A DNA stretch of 63,317 nt, filler included, from Olpidium bornovanus S191 (GCA_017911155.1; 27 parts of 27 records of this genome joined end to end with filler, not necessarily neighbours in it), one strand, 5' to 3'; shown: positions 1 through 12,109, counted from the first letter of the whole stretch. Numbers and translations: made by a program. The notes: generated by a model from the letters alone, not told the origin.

Positions 1-442
1 CATGTGTTTTTAAGGTGGCAGGGAAGAAGGGGCCTGGGTGGGATTTAGGGACGAAAGCGCGCTGCCCGCCCGCCCCCTCTCCCGAACCAGCCACCCGACC
101 GCTGCGCGTAACCCCGCCTCCCAAGCACCCGCGCCGCCCGCCAGGGCAGTCGCTTCCCGTGCACGTCTCGTCGGCGCCCACTGCAGCCCCAGACTCCGAG
201 CCAGTTTCGAAACGCGGGCGGCAAGCCACCGTCGCGATTTGGACTACGCGGCCTCCTCAAAAGTTCCGCGTTCGCGCCGCCCCGCCGCCCGTCGCCGGAT
301 CGGGTTTCCAGAGAAGGCCACGAGGCGGCCTCCCTCGCTTGCCGCTTCCGGGGAATTTTTGCACGTTCCCGGCTGGTTCCGCCAGTTTCCGCCCGCCTGG
401 CGAGACGCGGGGAAGGTCGAGCGGAAGTAATTCGACGCAACT

Positions 443-1954
443 ATGCACCTCGAGGAGGTGGTCCTAGAGGGGTTCAAGAGTTACGCGACGCGAACGACGA
501 TCGCGGGCTGGGACAGGGAATTCAATGCGATAACCGGGCTAAACGGCTCGGGGAAGTCGAACATCCTCGACGCCATAGTGTTCGTGCTCGGTATCACCAA
601 CTACAGCCAGGTCTGGTGGCCCGAATTCCAAATGTCGGCTCGGTGGACGACGAAATCGCAGGCGCCCCTCGCTCCGCGCGCTGCCGTCGCAAAGCGCGTG
701 TTTTCCCGCGCTACGCTTGCTCCGAGATTTACGTTAGCCGAAACGTGCTCGACGCAAACTGCAGGTCCGAGCGAATAATCTGCAAGACCTGATCTACAAG
801 CGCGGACAGGCGGGGATTACAAAAGCCTCGGTCACGTTGGTCTTCGACAATTCCGACGCGGAAAACAGCCCGATCGGATATGAGCAGTACAAGCAAGTTT
901 CCGTAACCCGGCAGGGGCGGTTTCTTTTTCGTCACGAACTTCCTCTTATTTTCCCGCGGATATCATTTTCCGTCTCTGACAAAAAAAAATTGACGCTGGC
1001 CGACAACGATTCGCTTCTCCAGGTCCTGATGGGTGGTCGTAACAAGTACATCATCAACGGGCGGAACGCGCTGGCCCAAGCTGTGCAAAACCTGTTCCAG
1101 TCGGTGCAGCTCAACGTAAACAACCCGCATTTCCTCATCATGCAGGGACGCATCACCAAAGTGCTCAACATGAAGCCCCCGGAGATCCTGGGGATGATTG
1201 AGGAGGCGGCTGGGACCAGAATGTTTGAGGAGAAGAAAGAAAAGGCGCTAAAGACAATTGCGAAGAAGGACTCCAAGGTCGAGGAGATTACGTCGGTACG
1301 CCTTGCATCTGTCGGCTGTGCGCCCAGAAGGAGAGCACGTGCGCTGCGTACCCACTGCCCGCTGATCCAAATAAAAGTTGCTTAATGAGGAAATCGGACC
1401 GAAGCTGGATAAGCTGAGGGTCGAGAAAAGGAACTACTTGGATTATCAGAAAATAAAAACAGAAATGGAACGCTTGGAGAAGTTGGTAATTGCGTATGAA
1501 TACAAAGCGAACAAGGTACGCACATACCGCATAGGTTTCTCTTCTTTTTCCGGACCGGAACATGTCCGCCTTCGGCCTTGCCTTACCTATTGCTTTTACA
1601 GGAAAGGCTGGACCACTCCGAGGTCCAATTTGCTAAGATGCAGCAGCAGAAAGTGGCTTATGAACTCGAGCTCGACCAATTGAGGTCCGAGACGAAACTA
1701 CTCCAGCAAGAGAGGGATGAAATCCAGCGTTCAAGGGAAAAAGTAATCGCAATTAAGATGCGACCGGCGAGCGAGGGGGTGGGAGTGGGCGGTCGTGATA
1801 GTGAGGCGGCTGAAACAATGCATTGTTCCAGGACATGGGCGACGGAGGGCGTTACCAGGAGCTTGAAAAGGTGGTCAAGGAATGTTCAACGCAGCTAGTT
1901 CGCATAAAAACCCAATGTGACCTAAATGCGCAATCCATCGCGGACGAGGAGAGA
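443..1954 (+). CDS. SMC2: Condensin subunit SMC2, 5' part (exons 443-610, 765-914, 1023-1295, 1378-1515, 1602-1742, 1832-1954; truncated)
   Basis: Walker [15 protein letters not shown]; [24 protein letters not shown]; [39 protein letters not shown] are SMC2 head motifs; AG acceptors and GT donors except intron 2. Confidence 0.95.
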
Positions 1955-2054
1955 NNNNNNNNNNNNNNNNNNNNNNNNNNNNNNNNNNNNNNNNNNNNTT
2001 AATTAATTAANNNNNNNNNNNNNNNNNNNNNNNNNNNNNNNNNNNNNNNNNNNN
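1955..2054. other. Artificial contig linker N44-TTAATTAATTAA-N44 (first of 26 identical linkers, the last at 61936-62035)
   Basis: Identical 100-bp structure repeated 26 times; TTAATTAATTAA places stops in all six frames. Confidence 0.98.
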
Positions 2055-2079
2055 CCCCTTTGTGGGCAATTCATCACAC

Positions 2080-2539
2080 CCTGATCCGAATTCCTGTGGG
2101 GACATGGTGCAGCCGGACGCAGTTGCTCGTCGTGTTCACTTTTTGGCCGCCTGCGGAACGAGAAGAGCTATGCGTTGGATACGATCGGTCCCGCCGACAC
2201 AGGGACGCGAGACGAAAACGGTAAACCGCTTTTGAGTTTCCTGGACACACCTTTGCCGGATCCCCTGCAAAACTTCTCGACGATATCCCTCTCGTTCAGT
2301 ATTATTTCGACTCGGACCTTCTTTGGCTCAGGCGCCTGCCGGGCAACCTCCGAGGGGAAATGCAGCGTGGCCCCTTCCGGATGTTGCTGCGGGCCGGCAG
2401 CGGCCGCTTCGGCCGGCGCAGGCGGACCACTTTGCGGCGGAACGGGCTCCGCCGCTACAGCCGCGCAAGGGGTTGACAGCGTGGAGTGCGAACTCGGCCG
2501 TGACGCGCAGCGGCGGACATTGGACGCAAAGTGGTGCAT
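2080..2539 (-). CDS. Mitochondrial RF-1-domain peptidyl-tRNA hydrolase (C12orf65/MTRFR-like), 5' part (exons 2539-2251, 2150-2080)
   Basis: Splicing intron 2250-2151 (GTGTGT..CAG) gives EKFCRGSGKGGQKVNTTSNCVRLHHVPTGIRIR with the catalytic GGQ; Arg/Ser-rich presequence-like start MHHFASNVRRCASR (start could be the ATG at 2761). Confidence 0.85.
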
Positions 2540-2824
2540 CCGGGAAGCCGGAATTTCGATGGAGTCTTTACTTGAACTTCCGAAAGGAGGCAAAGCGGTT
2601 GCCGAGGGCGACGCTTGGAAACCAAGGAGCCGCCTCGCGGCGGGGGCCCCCCTCCGATGAACGGGATTTGCGGCGGGAAGAGAACTACTCGTCGCCCTGC
2701 AGCGCAAAGTTGCGCCCAGAGCGGGGATTACGTGTAACGGAAGTCGCCGTGCCTCGGACATGGCCGCGAGCAGCGGCAGGGGCAGGCGCGCGCGGCGACA
2801 GGCACAGCACTTGCAGAGACCGCG

Positions 2825-3092
2825 TCAGCCTTCGTGGCGCTCGAGACCCCTGTTCGATTGACGGTGGAGCGCCTGGGTCTCCATCGTTCGTAGCCAGAGG
2901 TCCCAAGAAACTTTGCAATCGCTGAAAGTCACGTGATATTGCGAAGCTTCCTCTGGCATCGTTTGGGGCGCTTTGGTCATTAAGAAAGCCTTGGCTTGAA
3001 CGCTCCACGAGCGCCGGTCCTTCCCTTTAAACACCGGCAGAGCAGTCTTTGCCTTGAAACTCGCCATCCCGTCGACACTTGGGCTCATAACC
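2825..3092 (-). mobile_element. Ty1/copia 5' remnant: half-tRNAiMet PBS plus decayed gag N-terminus
   Basis: Minus-strand GGTTATGAGCCC at 3092-3081, then ATG at 3067: MASFKAKTALPVFKGKDRRSWSVQAKAFLMTK, resembling a copia Gag N-terminus. Confidence 0.6.
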
Positions 3093-4247
3093 TCTCGTCG
3101 ATTGAACAGGGAGAATGGCGGAATGCGTTGTACCAACCGGTTTTCGCGAAACTGAGAAGTGGTTGCACTTTTTGAAATTGCATGGGCCACGTTCTCGGCC
3201 TGTAGTGCGCCGATTCGCAAGCGGTTTGTGGTGACGGCGCGCTCCAGCGAGGAGATTCCAACGGTGGCGCCTGTTCGAAATTAACGCGTACACGGGACTT
3301 ATTTCTATTGTTCTCCGTCGTTTGAGCTCTCGTCAAGCCTTTTGGTGCGTAGTTGCGCGCTGCCAGGGGCAACGTTTCCTGCAAGCTTGAGGGAAATTGG
3401 ACGAGGATTGACGGAGACGGGGGCAGAAAGTTCGCAGAAGCGCAGGGGCGGGGGTGGGTACTCAGTTTTACACTTCAACGATGTTGATGATCGAGGGGTT
3501 CATATGCACAAGAAGTTCAAAAGGCCACAAAGATTGCACAACTGTTTTGGACATAAAAAAGCTTAAGGCGGAGACCGCCCGATGTCATTCATCAAAGTAT
3601 TTTCAAATTCAGTCTCCGTAGGATACTGGCCGGCGGTGCGTTCTGACTTCTTTCTCTCAACTGCTTATGCAGAAGAGAAAATCCATGTTGTTTATGGGTG
3701 CGCTATGTATTAAGTAATGCACTAACTCTCTCCCCACCTGTAATTAGGATTGTTTATTGAATCATAATGAAGGAGAAGCCGACTTCGCGGCGGACCCGAA
3801 CCGNNNNNNNNNNNNNNNNNNNNNNNNNNNNNNNNNNNNNNNNNNNNTTAATTAATTAANNNNNNNNNNNNNNNNNNNNNNNNNNNNNNNNNNNNNNNNN
3901 NNNAAAATCGAGGGCTTTCACCTAAACACAAGTCAGAAGCAAACAATAGCAGGCCATGGCAATGGAGGCCTGCTGCGAGCTTTGGTGTCCGTAACTGCCG
4001 AAATGGCCGGGCGTCGGACGCATGATGCAGCCGTGCAAACTAAAGCGGGGGTCAATTCGTTCGGTGGGTTCCCCCGATCTATAAGCGGAGGTTTCAGTGA
4101 AGCCTAAAATTTATTATGACTATCTGTGTTGTCGCGTTTTGCTGCGAATGTTTGCGGAAAATTTGTCATGTCTGCACATAATTCATTCAGCTTCGCTGGC
4201 TTTTCGTGCGGCCCGCGGGCGAACATTTGCCGGCGGCGTGTGAACAG

Positions 4248-5415
4248 CGGAACTGGAAGAAAGATTGCAGCGGTACCAGACCGAGTGCGACAATCGCGCG
4301 AGAGCGGAGTCTGAGACTCAAATCGCTCGGTTCAAATCCCAGGAGCTCACGCAGATGCACGAGAACGAGAGGGCGTACAACGAACTGAGACACGAGGAAT
4401 TGCGGAAGGAATACGAGAAAAAAGAGAAGGCGATCATTGAGCGGTACCAGAAGCGCGAAGAAGAGGTCCGAGAACGGTACGAAAAGACGATGAAGGTGGG
4501 GACTGCACCGCATTGGTCCAGACACTTGGGGCGAGGGCGTGCCGCTTTGAAAACCGACTGGATCCTACTCGGTTTTTCCCCAGCTCTTTACCTCGCGCGT
4601 TCAAGTCCGCTAACAATTACTCTTCTGCAGGACCTTGCTTCACAGGATCACAGTCGTCGGCAGAAATTTCTTTCGCAGGTCGCCTCCCTCAAAGTCAGAG
4701 AACAGAACCTCGTGCGGGAGCAAGAGCTGAACAACCGAGCAGCCCTGCTTGAAAAGGAAGCTGCGGCAAGAACAGTCGAGGAGGTGAAACTGAAGATCAA
4801 GGAACTTGAGATACAGAAGGAGGAGCACGCCCAAAAGAGCAAAGAAGAGGTGATGAAGTAAGTAGCGGAAAGGACAAAAGGTTTGGGAAAAGGAAAAGAT
4901 AAGAAGCTTCCGGAGCCGCCGTCTTTGCGAACAAAGATGGCCCGATCCTCTCGTGTGCGTTTCCGTAACCTACGCGGCATTCAAACCTTAAGGCTCCAAC
5001 GGGACATGGACCACGAGCGGTCTACGATTCTGGCTGACATCAAGGTCCAGCGCGCCAACGTCGAAGGGGAGAGAAAGCTGCTACGAGAACGGCTCCGCCA
5101 AGTGGAGAAACAGGCGGAGGTGCATGACAAGCTTGTCCACGAGCTCGAGCAGTACAAGCGCGAAGCCCACGACTGCCGCCTGGAAATGCAGGTATATCGT
5201 CAACGCTCGCAGGATCTTGCAAAGGAGATGGACGAATTGAAGGGCCAAGTATGCGGGCTTGCTGCAACATGTGTTGCTGTGGCTGATTCGCGGCCCATGG
5301 AGATGCTGACGGCTGCTCGTAACGTAGCTCCAGAACGAGAAAAAGAACACCAAGCTTGAATTTGAGATCTTTAGCGCGAAGAAGCAGATGCTTGAAGCGG
5401 AGCAGCTGGCGGAAA
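4248..5415 (+). CDS. OFD1: OFD1-like centriolar coiled-coil protein, internal part (exons 4248-4495, 4631-4857, 4993-5248, 5355-5415)
   Basis: ELEERLQRYQTECDNRARAESETQIARFKSQELTQM...RQKFLSQVASLKVREQNL follows the OFD1 coiled-coil pattern; clean GT-AG introns keep the frame. Confidence 0.7.
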
Positions 5416-6279
5416 NNNNNNNNNNNNNNNNNNNNNNNNNNNNNNNNNNNNNNNNNNNNTTAATTAATTAANNNNNNNNNNNNNNNNNNNNNNNNNNNNN
5501 NNNNNNNNNNNNNNNGGCGATCCCCCGCCTGCACACAAAAAAGCCGGGATTTGGTCGGCGGCGAGTTCGCGGGCAGGATCCTCACGACAAAAACGTCCTC
5601 TCCCGGGAGCCGGGAGAGATCCGGCTTGCACGAGAGACGACGCAGCGTTTGTGATGGCCGGGCCGGCGGACCTGGGGCGGCTGCTGCAGGGTATAGCGCG
5701 CCCCCATACCAGATTGAACCTTTCAAATCAAGTCATCTCCGCTCCCAGCAGTGGAACGAATTCTCGTGTTATTCGCGGACAACTGCCGTGACAGATCCTG
5801 TAATTACGCCGTCAGTGTTTAGTCATGGCCATCCCGGGATTTCATGACTTTTCGTAAGGAATGGTTGTGGGGGGGAGGGGCCGGAATATCTGCATTTCCA
5901 GAGAGAGCTATGCAATGGGGAACATGTCGCGATTGATCTTGAGGTGGCCCGGCCATGCACTGTTCGTGCGGTTACGCTTGGCGGACAAGCTCCGGCCCCG
6001 ATGCTTGCGGAGCTCGTCGAGAGGAAGAAGGCGAGCAGCAGCCACGGGCGCGGACAGCGGTCGAGAGGTTCTCAGGCTTTGATCTTGGGATCTCAGGGAT
6101 CTCGGGGTCACAGGGGCTTTTGCCGGCCGTTGGCGGTGTCTTCTCTCCCTGCAACAATTTTTTTCCCTCCCCGTCCGACCCCAAACGCGGCGCCGGGGCC
6201 TTCCGCCCCGCGGCCCCCACACAACCTTTGCTCCACAAGAAAGACGGACATTTTCTTCTTTTTTGCTTCCGCCGCGCCC

Positions 6280-7043
6280 ATGTTCGCCGCCGCGTTTCGG
6301 CCCCTTGCCCGGGCGCCTCCCGCCGCCGCCGCCGCGCGCGCGTTCGTCGGAACCCGGCCCGCGGCCGGTGCCGCCTCCACCTCCTTCGCGGGCCGCGGCG
6401 GCGCGCGCTCCTACTCGACCCAGGACCTGCTGCCGCCCAATCTCGTCCCGCTCGCGCGCCAGCGGCCCGCCGGTGTCGTCGACGCCGCCGACGCGGCGGC
6501 CGCCGCCGGCACCGCTGCCGGCGAGGCGGCCAGCCGCCTGACGAAAGAGTCCCAGCTCAGGTTCCTCGTCCAGCTCTACAGGGACATGCCCAAGGGGCCG
6601 CACCCGCATCTCGACCGGTTCCCGTGCCCGGCCAGACTCGCCCCCATTTCCGCCAGGACCCTCGTCTACTCCATTGTCATCGTCACCATTCTCGGCTACA
6701 TCAACAGCGGGTACCGACGTGAGTATTTTTTTTTGTTTTTGACGATGTTTTAGTTTTGAGTGATTTTGCCGCTCGGGCCGAAAAGTGTTTTGCGGACGCC
6801 GGCCCGAAAGCCTCCGTTTATATGCGCGGACGAAAAGAGATAGTCGTGCCCATCGTTTGCGCCAAATCGGCCCCGTTCGCGATACGGACGAGTTGGCGCC
6901 TTCCCCGCCACCCACCCCCCACCGCCCCAATCAGTTGGGGATTTGCAGTGCGTTCTCAACGTGACTGACGCTAACTTGCTCTTTCTCTCTGCCGCTCTTT
7001 CCAACCTTTCGCAGCCTACTTCAAGCACAGGCAATACCATTAG
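6280..7043 (+). CDS. ATP17: Mitochondrial ATP synthase subunit f (exons 6280-6718, 7015-7043)
   Basis: Presequence, then LLPPNL...LVQLYRDMPKGPHP...SARTLVYSIVIVTILGY, matching yeast LIPPKV...VVHFYKSLPQGPAP...SGKPLWHF; intron GTGAGT..GCTAAC..GCAG; ends YFKHRQYH*. Confidence 0.85.
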
Positions 7044-7851
7044 GCGGAGACAGTTGGTCGGCTGCCGGAGGCGCTCTAACGCTCCCGGCGCGATTGCTTT
7101 TCTCGTTCTTGGATCCCTTTTATGTTTGTCCCTGCTTCTGAAGACATCCATAGCAATCAGGGGTCGCGTCCCGGCATTCGAAGAAAGTGCAAGCAGTCCC
7201 AGACGGAACGAGGAACTGGGCGTGCTTGTTGAATCTTGGTATGGACGTCATTCGGTGCTGCTTTGGAGATTGTGGGCCTCTTGCGCCGTCCCCCTGCCGG
7301 CCCCAGCGAGGTGCCGCGTTTTCGTTGCTAGGGTCGGCCGGTTTTTGGAACGACGTGTAAAGTTCGCCGCGCGCCGGTATCAGACCCAACTTTTCTGGTC
7401 CTGTCGTGGTTGAAGCAGAGTTTCTTGTCCGCCGCGGTTTAACCATTTGCGGCGTGAGGGGACGCGATGCTGGAGAGGAACATCAAGAAAGCGATCCTTA
7501 AAAAATGAAAAATAAAAAGAAAAGAAAAGAAATAGAATGAAACTGGAAGAACTAGAAGAAGAAAAAAAAAACGAGAAAAAAATGAAAAAAAAGAAGAAAA
7601 GAGTATGAAGAGGGGAAAAGAGAAAAAAGAAAGGGGGAAAGAATCAGGCCACGGCCACGAGGGCCCTCTGCTTCCCCGACGCATCCCCCCCCTCCATGTC
7701 AGCTCACTCGGCGTGCGAGCAGCGAGATCGCACCAAACACGGCCGCCACGGGCCAACAGCTGTCAAGTCGGCCAACCGGCCAACGGTCGGCCGCCAACCA
7801 TCTGCTGCCCATGTAGCAGCATACTCATTGTAAGGTTCTCTAATCTTCACC

Positions 7852-8136
7852 CTAGTTGCCTTCAACCGTTGCCGCTATCCTCTTGAAGGTGAACGCTCCC
7901 GACGGGGGATGTGGCCTTTCTTTGTGCCCCTTGGGCATCACCACGTTCGAACAATGGCAGGCTCCTGCACCGGTGCAAATGGCTCCTGTGACAAGGATGT
8001 AATTTTGGTCTCCAGGATCTGCGGCTGATGTGGAGGGAAATTCCGGGTGGCGCTCTTTGACCTGCTGCAACATCTGCGTGATCAGCGTGTTGGCAGGAGG
8101 GTTGTCTGTGATAGAGGGCTGACCTTGTGGCGCCAT
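7852..8136 (-). CDS. Hypothetical ~94-aa protein with Cys/His cluster
   Basis: ATG at 8136 preceded by a pyrimidine-rich acceptor-like tract; MAPQGQ...YILVTGAICTGAGACHCSNVVMPKGHKERPHP; no family recognised. Confidence 0.4.
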   Translation of the reverse strand: MAPQGQPSITDNPPANTLITQMLQQVKERHPEFPSTSAADPGDQNYILVTGAICTGAGACHCSNVVMPKGHKERPHPPSGAFTFKRIAATVEGN

Positions 8137-8869
8137 CCCATGTACCTTTGAACCCAAAGGCAGAACAAAAATAAAACAAAAACCTGAAACTAGAGAACAG
8201 ATCTGACCACGATTGACGGTCAAACATATCCCTCCGAATCTGTCCGGTGGGAGAGAGAGTGTGTGGACTGGGAACCAGCACATCTCGAATCATGTGCAAT
8301 GCAGGGCAGCACAAAAGTGTGGCGGAAGGCACCCGTGCACAGCGCCAGGGGGCCAGGTGTGGCTTGCGTTGTCCACCTCTGCCCCCCCACTTTCGTTCAA
8401 TGCGCATTACGAGAGTTTGCGCCGCACCCCCGGCCCGGATCGCTTGCTTATGGCGGGCGGGCGTGTTTTGCACGGTCGAATGCGGCCTCCCGTTCAACAG
8501 ACAGCATCAACTTTTCGTGCACGTCCCGTAAATTTCTGTACGAGACGCCGATCTACTTTTCGACGGCCGCATGAAGTTGGCGTTAAAACATTTGACGTAT
8601 CTCAGCGTCATAGTGTTAGATTGAACGCAAAAGCCCCGTCGCAAAACCCCAAAAATAAACAACTGAAAATTAGAATGAAACGACAGGAAANNNNNNNNNN
8701 NNNNNNNNNNNNNNNNNNNNNNNNNNNNNNNNNNTTAATTAATTAANNNNNNNNNNNNNNNNNNNNNNNNNNNNNNNNNNNNNNNNNNNNCATGCCGCTC
8801 ACAATGCTACGCCGCGCGCTCTCCGGCGGGCGTGATACGTAGCAAAACGCAACCCGTCAATGGACTCAC

Positions 8870-9495
8870 CAATATTTTTGCATTCCTCCGCTAGATCCAT
8901 CATTCTCAAAGAGCCCAACGTGTTCATCCGGAAGCTCCAGTCTATTCTTTCATCGAAATTTACGCTGGCGGCACAGTGGATAATAATGTTGCAATTCTCG
9001 ACAAGCTCGGAACGGTTGGCGGTCGAAAGACCCAATCCGGGAGCGGTCAGATCACCTTCCACGGGCACAACTTTCTCGCGTATGAACGTATCAAAATCGT
9101 CCACCGAGGAGAAGCGTCCCCGAAGGGTGGCAAATATCTGTGGCGAAAGCACATAATCGTCTCACGTTGGAAACGCCGCGTTCACAGTCCATCCCATCCT
9201 TAAAAAATCCTTCACCGTCCGGTACCTTGTTCGTAAGAACTTCCTTACGCAGCCGCTCGAGTGGATCTGACAATTTCTTCGGGTTGCTGCCCTTTCTGAT
9301 GAGCAAGTATACTTTTGAGAGCTCTTCGCCGTAGACTCTGAGAAGCTTTTCAAATGTCGCTTTGCCGACAAAGCCTGTGACGCCATCTAGGAGAACAGTG
9401 GCACCACGGTACGAATCTCTTATAGGGTCCGCTTGAAAACGCTCACTGGGGACCGGCTGCGAGCCAGAAGGTTGGGCTTGGGCCATTGATTTCAT
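8870..9495 (-). CDS. Fatty acyl-CoA reductase (FAR/male-sterility type NAD_binding_4), 5' part (exons 9495-9226, 9137-8870)
   Basis: VLLDGVTGFVGK Rossmann motif; VYLLIR; VVPVEGDLTAPGLGLS; IIIHCAASVNFDE; NTLGSLRMMDLA. Confidence 0.9.
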
Positions 9496-10180
9496 AAATA
9501 GTCTACAGGCCTGCCGAGGCTGGCTTCCGAGGTAGACAGTAGTTGTGACACCGAGGTGAGTTTTCCTCGTGCACAGACCTGGGAGCATCAATGACAGCGA
9601 AACCCGCACCTGACACACTGGTCATTTCATGTCCCGGAAAATGCGAGAAGTTGAGGCCTGTTGCCAAAGACAATGTCTTGGCAGCCCACCCTGTAGGAGC
9701 AAAGTCGGCAGAGCGCTGTGAGAACTCTTCGAAGGCCAGATGCGCCAACCACATTCCCAGAAACGCGTGTAAAAAAAGACGAAATGAGCGCTGTGACGGC
9801 CCTTCCAAGACCCGCGACGCCATCCGTCCCGGGAAAACGCGAACATTTGACAGGACACAACTTGGGAGAGGGCACGGTGCCCGGATATGCACCCGGGCGT
9901 CTTCGGCACGTGACGAAGTTCGCCTTCCTGGACGTGAGGCGCCGGAGGGGGAGGAGGGGGTGGGGGGGAGGAACGTACGTCACGGCGCGTGGGCGCTCTC
10001 CGCGCCGACGGCAGAACGCAGCAGCGGGACGGTGTGAAGGCAGTAGAGTGGGTGCTGACGGCGCTGGTTGGTGCCGCGCGACTTGCCGGACGAGGGGTGG
10101 GGGTGGAGCGCAGGCGGGGCCGGAGGCGGGGCCGGGGTGTGGGTGGGGGAAGGGAAAGGGGAAAGTGGAAATGGGAAGGA

Positions 10181-10214
<34 letters not shown>

Positions 10215-10321
10215 GGAAAANNNNNNNNNNNNNNNNNNNNNNNNNNNNNNNNNNNNNNNNNNNNTTAATTAATTAANNNNNNNNNNNNNNNNNNNNNNNN
10301 NNNNNNNNNNNNNNNNNNNNA

Positions 10322-10374
<53 letters not shown>

Positions 10375-10382
10375 CAACGGCG

Positions 10383-11532
10383 ATGGCGGCGCCGTCGTGG
10401 AGCCAGAGGTTTGCCCAGCGTCTCGGCAGCAAGGAGTTCAGGAGCTACCTTATGAGGTATGTTTTTTTTCCTTTTTTTTTTTTTTTTTTCCTCATCCGGC
10501 GCCTCCGGCGGAGTGAGCGGCAGAAAACCCGCGCGGCCTGTCGGATTCCGCGCGAGGGTGAAGCCGAGCGGCGACGGTGACCTCGCGACTGACGTGCCGC
10601 GCTAACATCTAGACGCGCTCTTCCTTCTTTCTCCCCCTTCCCCCCCCCCCCAATTCTCCCGCTAAAGTACTGTGCGTATAGTTGTCGGCTGCTCAAATGG
10701 GTGGCTTCACGATGGCGTCCGTAATTGGCGATAACCACTCAGACGTCACTCTGGTCGGGCGCTCCTTTCCGGTTATTCGTGGACCCCGTCGCCCACGTGC
10801 CCCTCGTCTGAACTGCGCGGCATGGAAACAGCATTTTTGGGGGCCGGGTACGTTCGTTCGATCCTCAAACCGGTTTTTACATCCCACCCGCGGTCCCCTG
10901 CCATCCGTCCTAACCCCCCCCCCCCCGCCCACCACCGCTGGTGTCTCTCGCAGTCGCCAACTGGGGCTTACCGCTGGCGGCGATGGCCGACATGAAGAAG
11001 GACCCCGAGTTCATTAGCGGGAAAATGACAACTGGCGAGTTTCTCTGCCTCCCGCACCGCGGAAAATTGTTGTATCTGTGATGTCGCGCACGGTTTTTGA
11101 CACTCCCCGTCCCTACCCCCCATGCGCATCCCGGGCCTGTGTTACTGGAATACGCGCTCCGTCCTGCCGCCCGGTTATTCGATCGCAGCGCTGACGCTGT
11201 ACTCCCTGCTGTTCATGCGGTTCGCCTGGATGGTAAAACCGCGTAACCACCTTCTGTTCGCGTGCCACTTCGCCAACGAAACCTGCCAGCTGTACCAGCT
11301 GTCGCGGTTCGTCAAGCACCGCTAGTAAGTCGTGTCCTGCTTCGCGGGGTTTGCTCCCTTCCCGTGTCGTCGCGTCTGTGGGCGATCCTATCCGCTGACG
11401 CGGACTCGAACCTACCCGCAAAGCATTGACGAGGGCAAGCATTCCGTCGGCAATGCCAGTTCCGGCGCCCTGCCGACTAGCACCAACGCTGCGGCGGCCG
11501 TCGAGTTCGGCGGGCTTAAGAAGACAACGTAG
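10383..11532 (+). CDS. MPC1: Mitochondrial pyruvate carrier 1 (exons 10383-10456, 10668-10671, 10832-10847, 10954-11034, 11189-11324, 11424-11532)
   Basis: Spliced product ...[68 protein letters not shown]... contains the MPC1 signatures. Confidence 0.93.
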
Positions 11533-12109
11533 AAAAAAAAATCCCGGCTGAAGCCGTATCATGGGTTGGTATTATCTCTCCGGCCCCCTTGTTGACTTCG
11601 TATCTCTATATACAACTGTTTTCCCAATCATGAAAAATCCGCTTGCCAAAAGTGCCGAGGTGAGTTGTCGACGTCGGAGTCGGTGTTGGAGGGGAAAGCG
11701 TCGCATACGCGGATCGCGTTCGGATTCCCGGATACTGGTACGCGTTTTCAAGAGGACGTTAACGCGGCAGCTGCAAATGGCGTAGTCGCCGCGGATACAG
11801 AACTCGGTTTCTTGGGACATGGTTAACAATAGCATGAATACTGTTCGGTCTGGAACCGCTCTTGCGCACGTGGAGAAACAAGCGCGCTTTCTGGTGCAGG
11901 CGGGCGAGCAGTGGCCAGCGGGTGGATATTTTGATTGGGCGCATCGTCGTTCCCTGGAAAGTGGGGTATCCGTGAGACGGCGGTCGCAACGACAGCGGCA
12001 TTCGCGAGACCGCCGGGGACAATGAACACCGGCCAGCGGTCCTTCAGAGCTGTTCGCAAGCGTGGCTCAGAACGGGCATGAGCCTTCCGACGAATCCGCC
12101 TATTTACAT

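Noticed and set aside
11323-11325. MPC1 ending at TAG 11325
   Set aside because: The TAG overlaps a GTAAGT donor; splicing to 11424 gives ..KHRYIDEGK and a later stop
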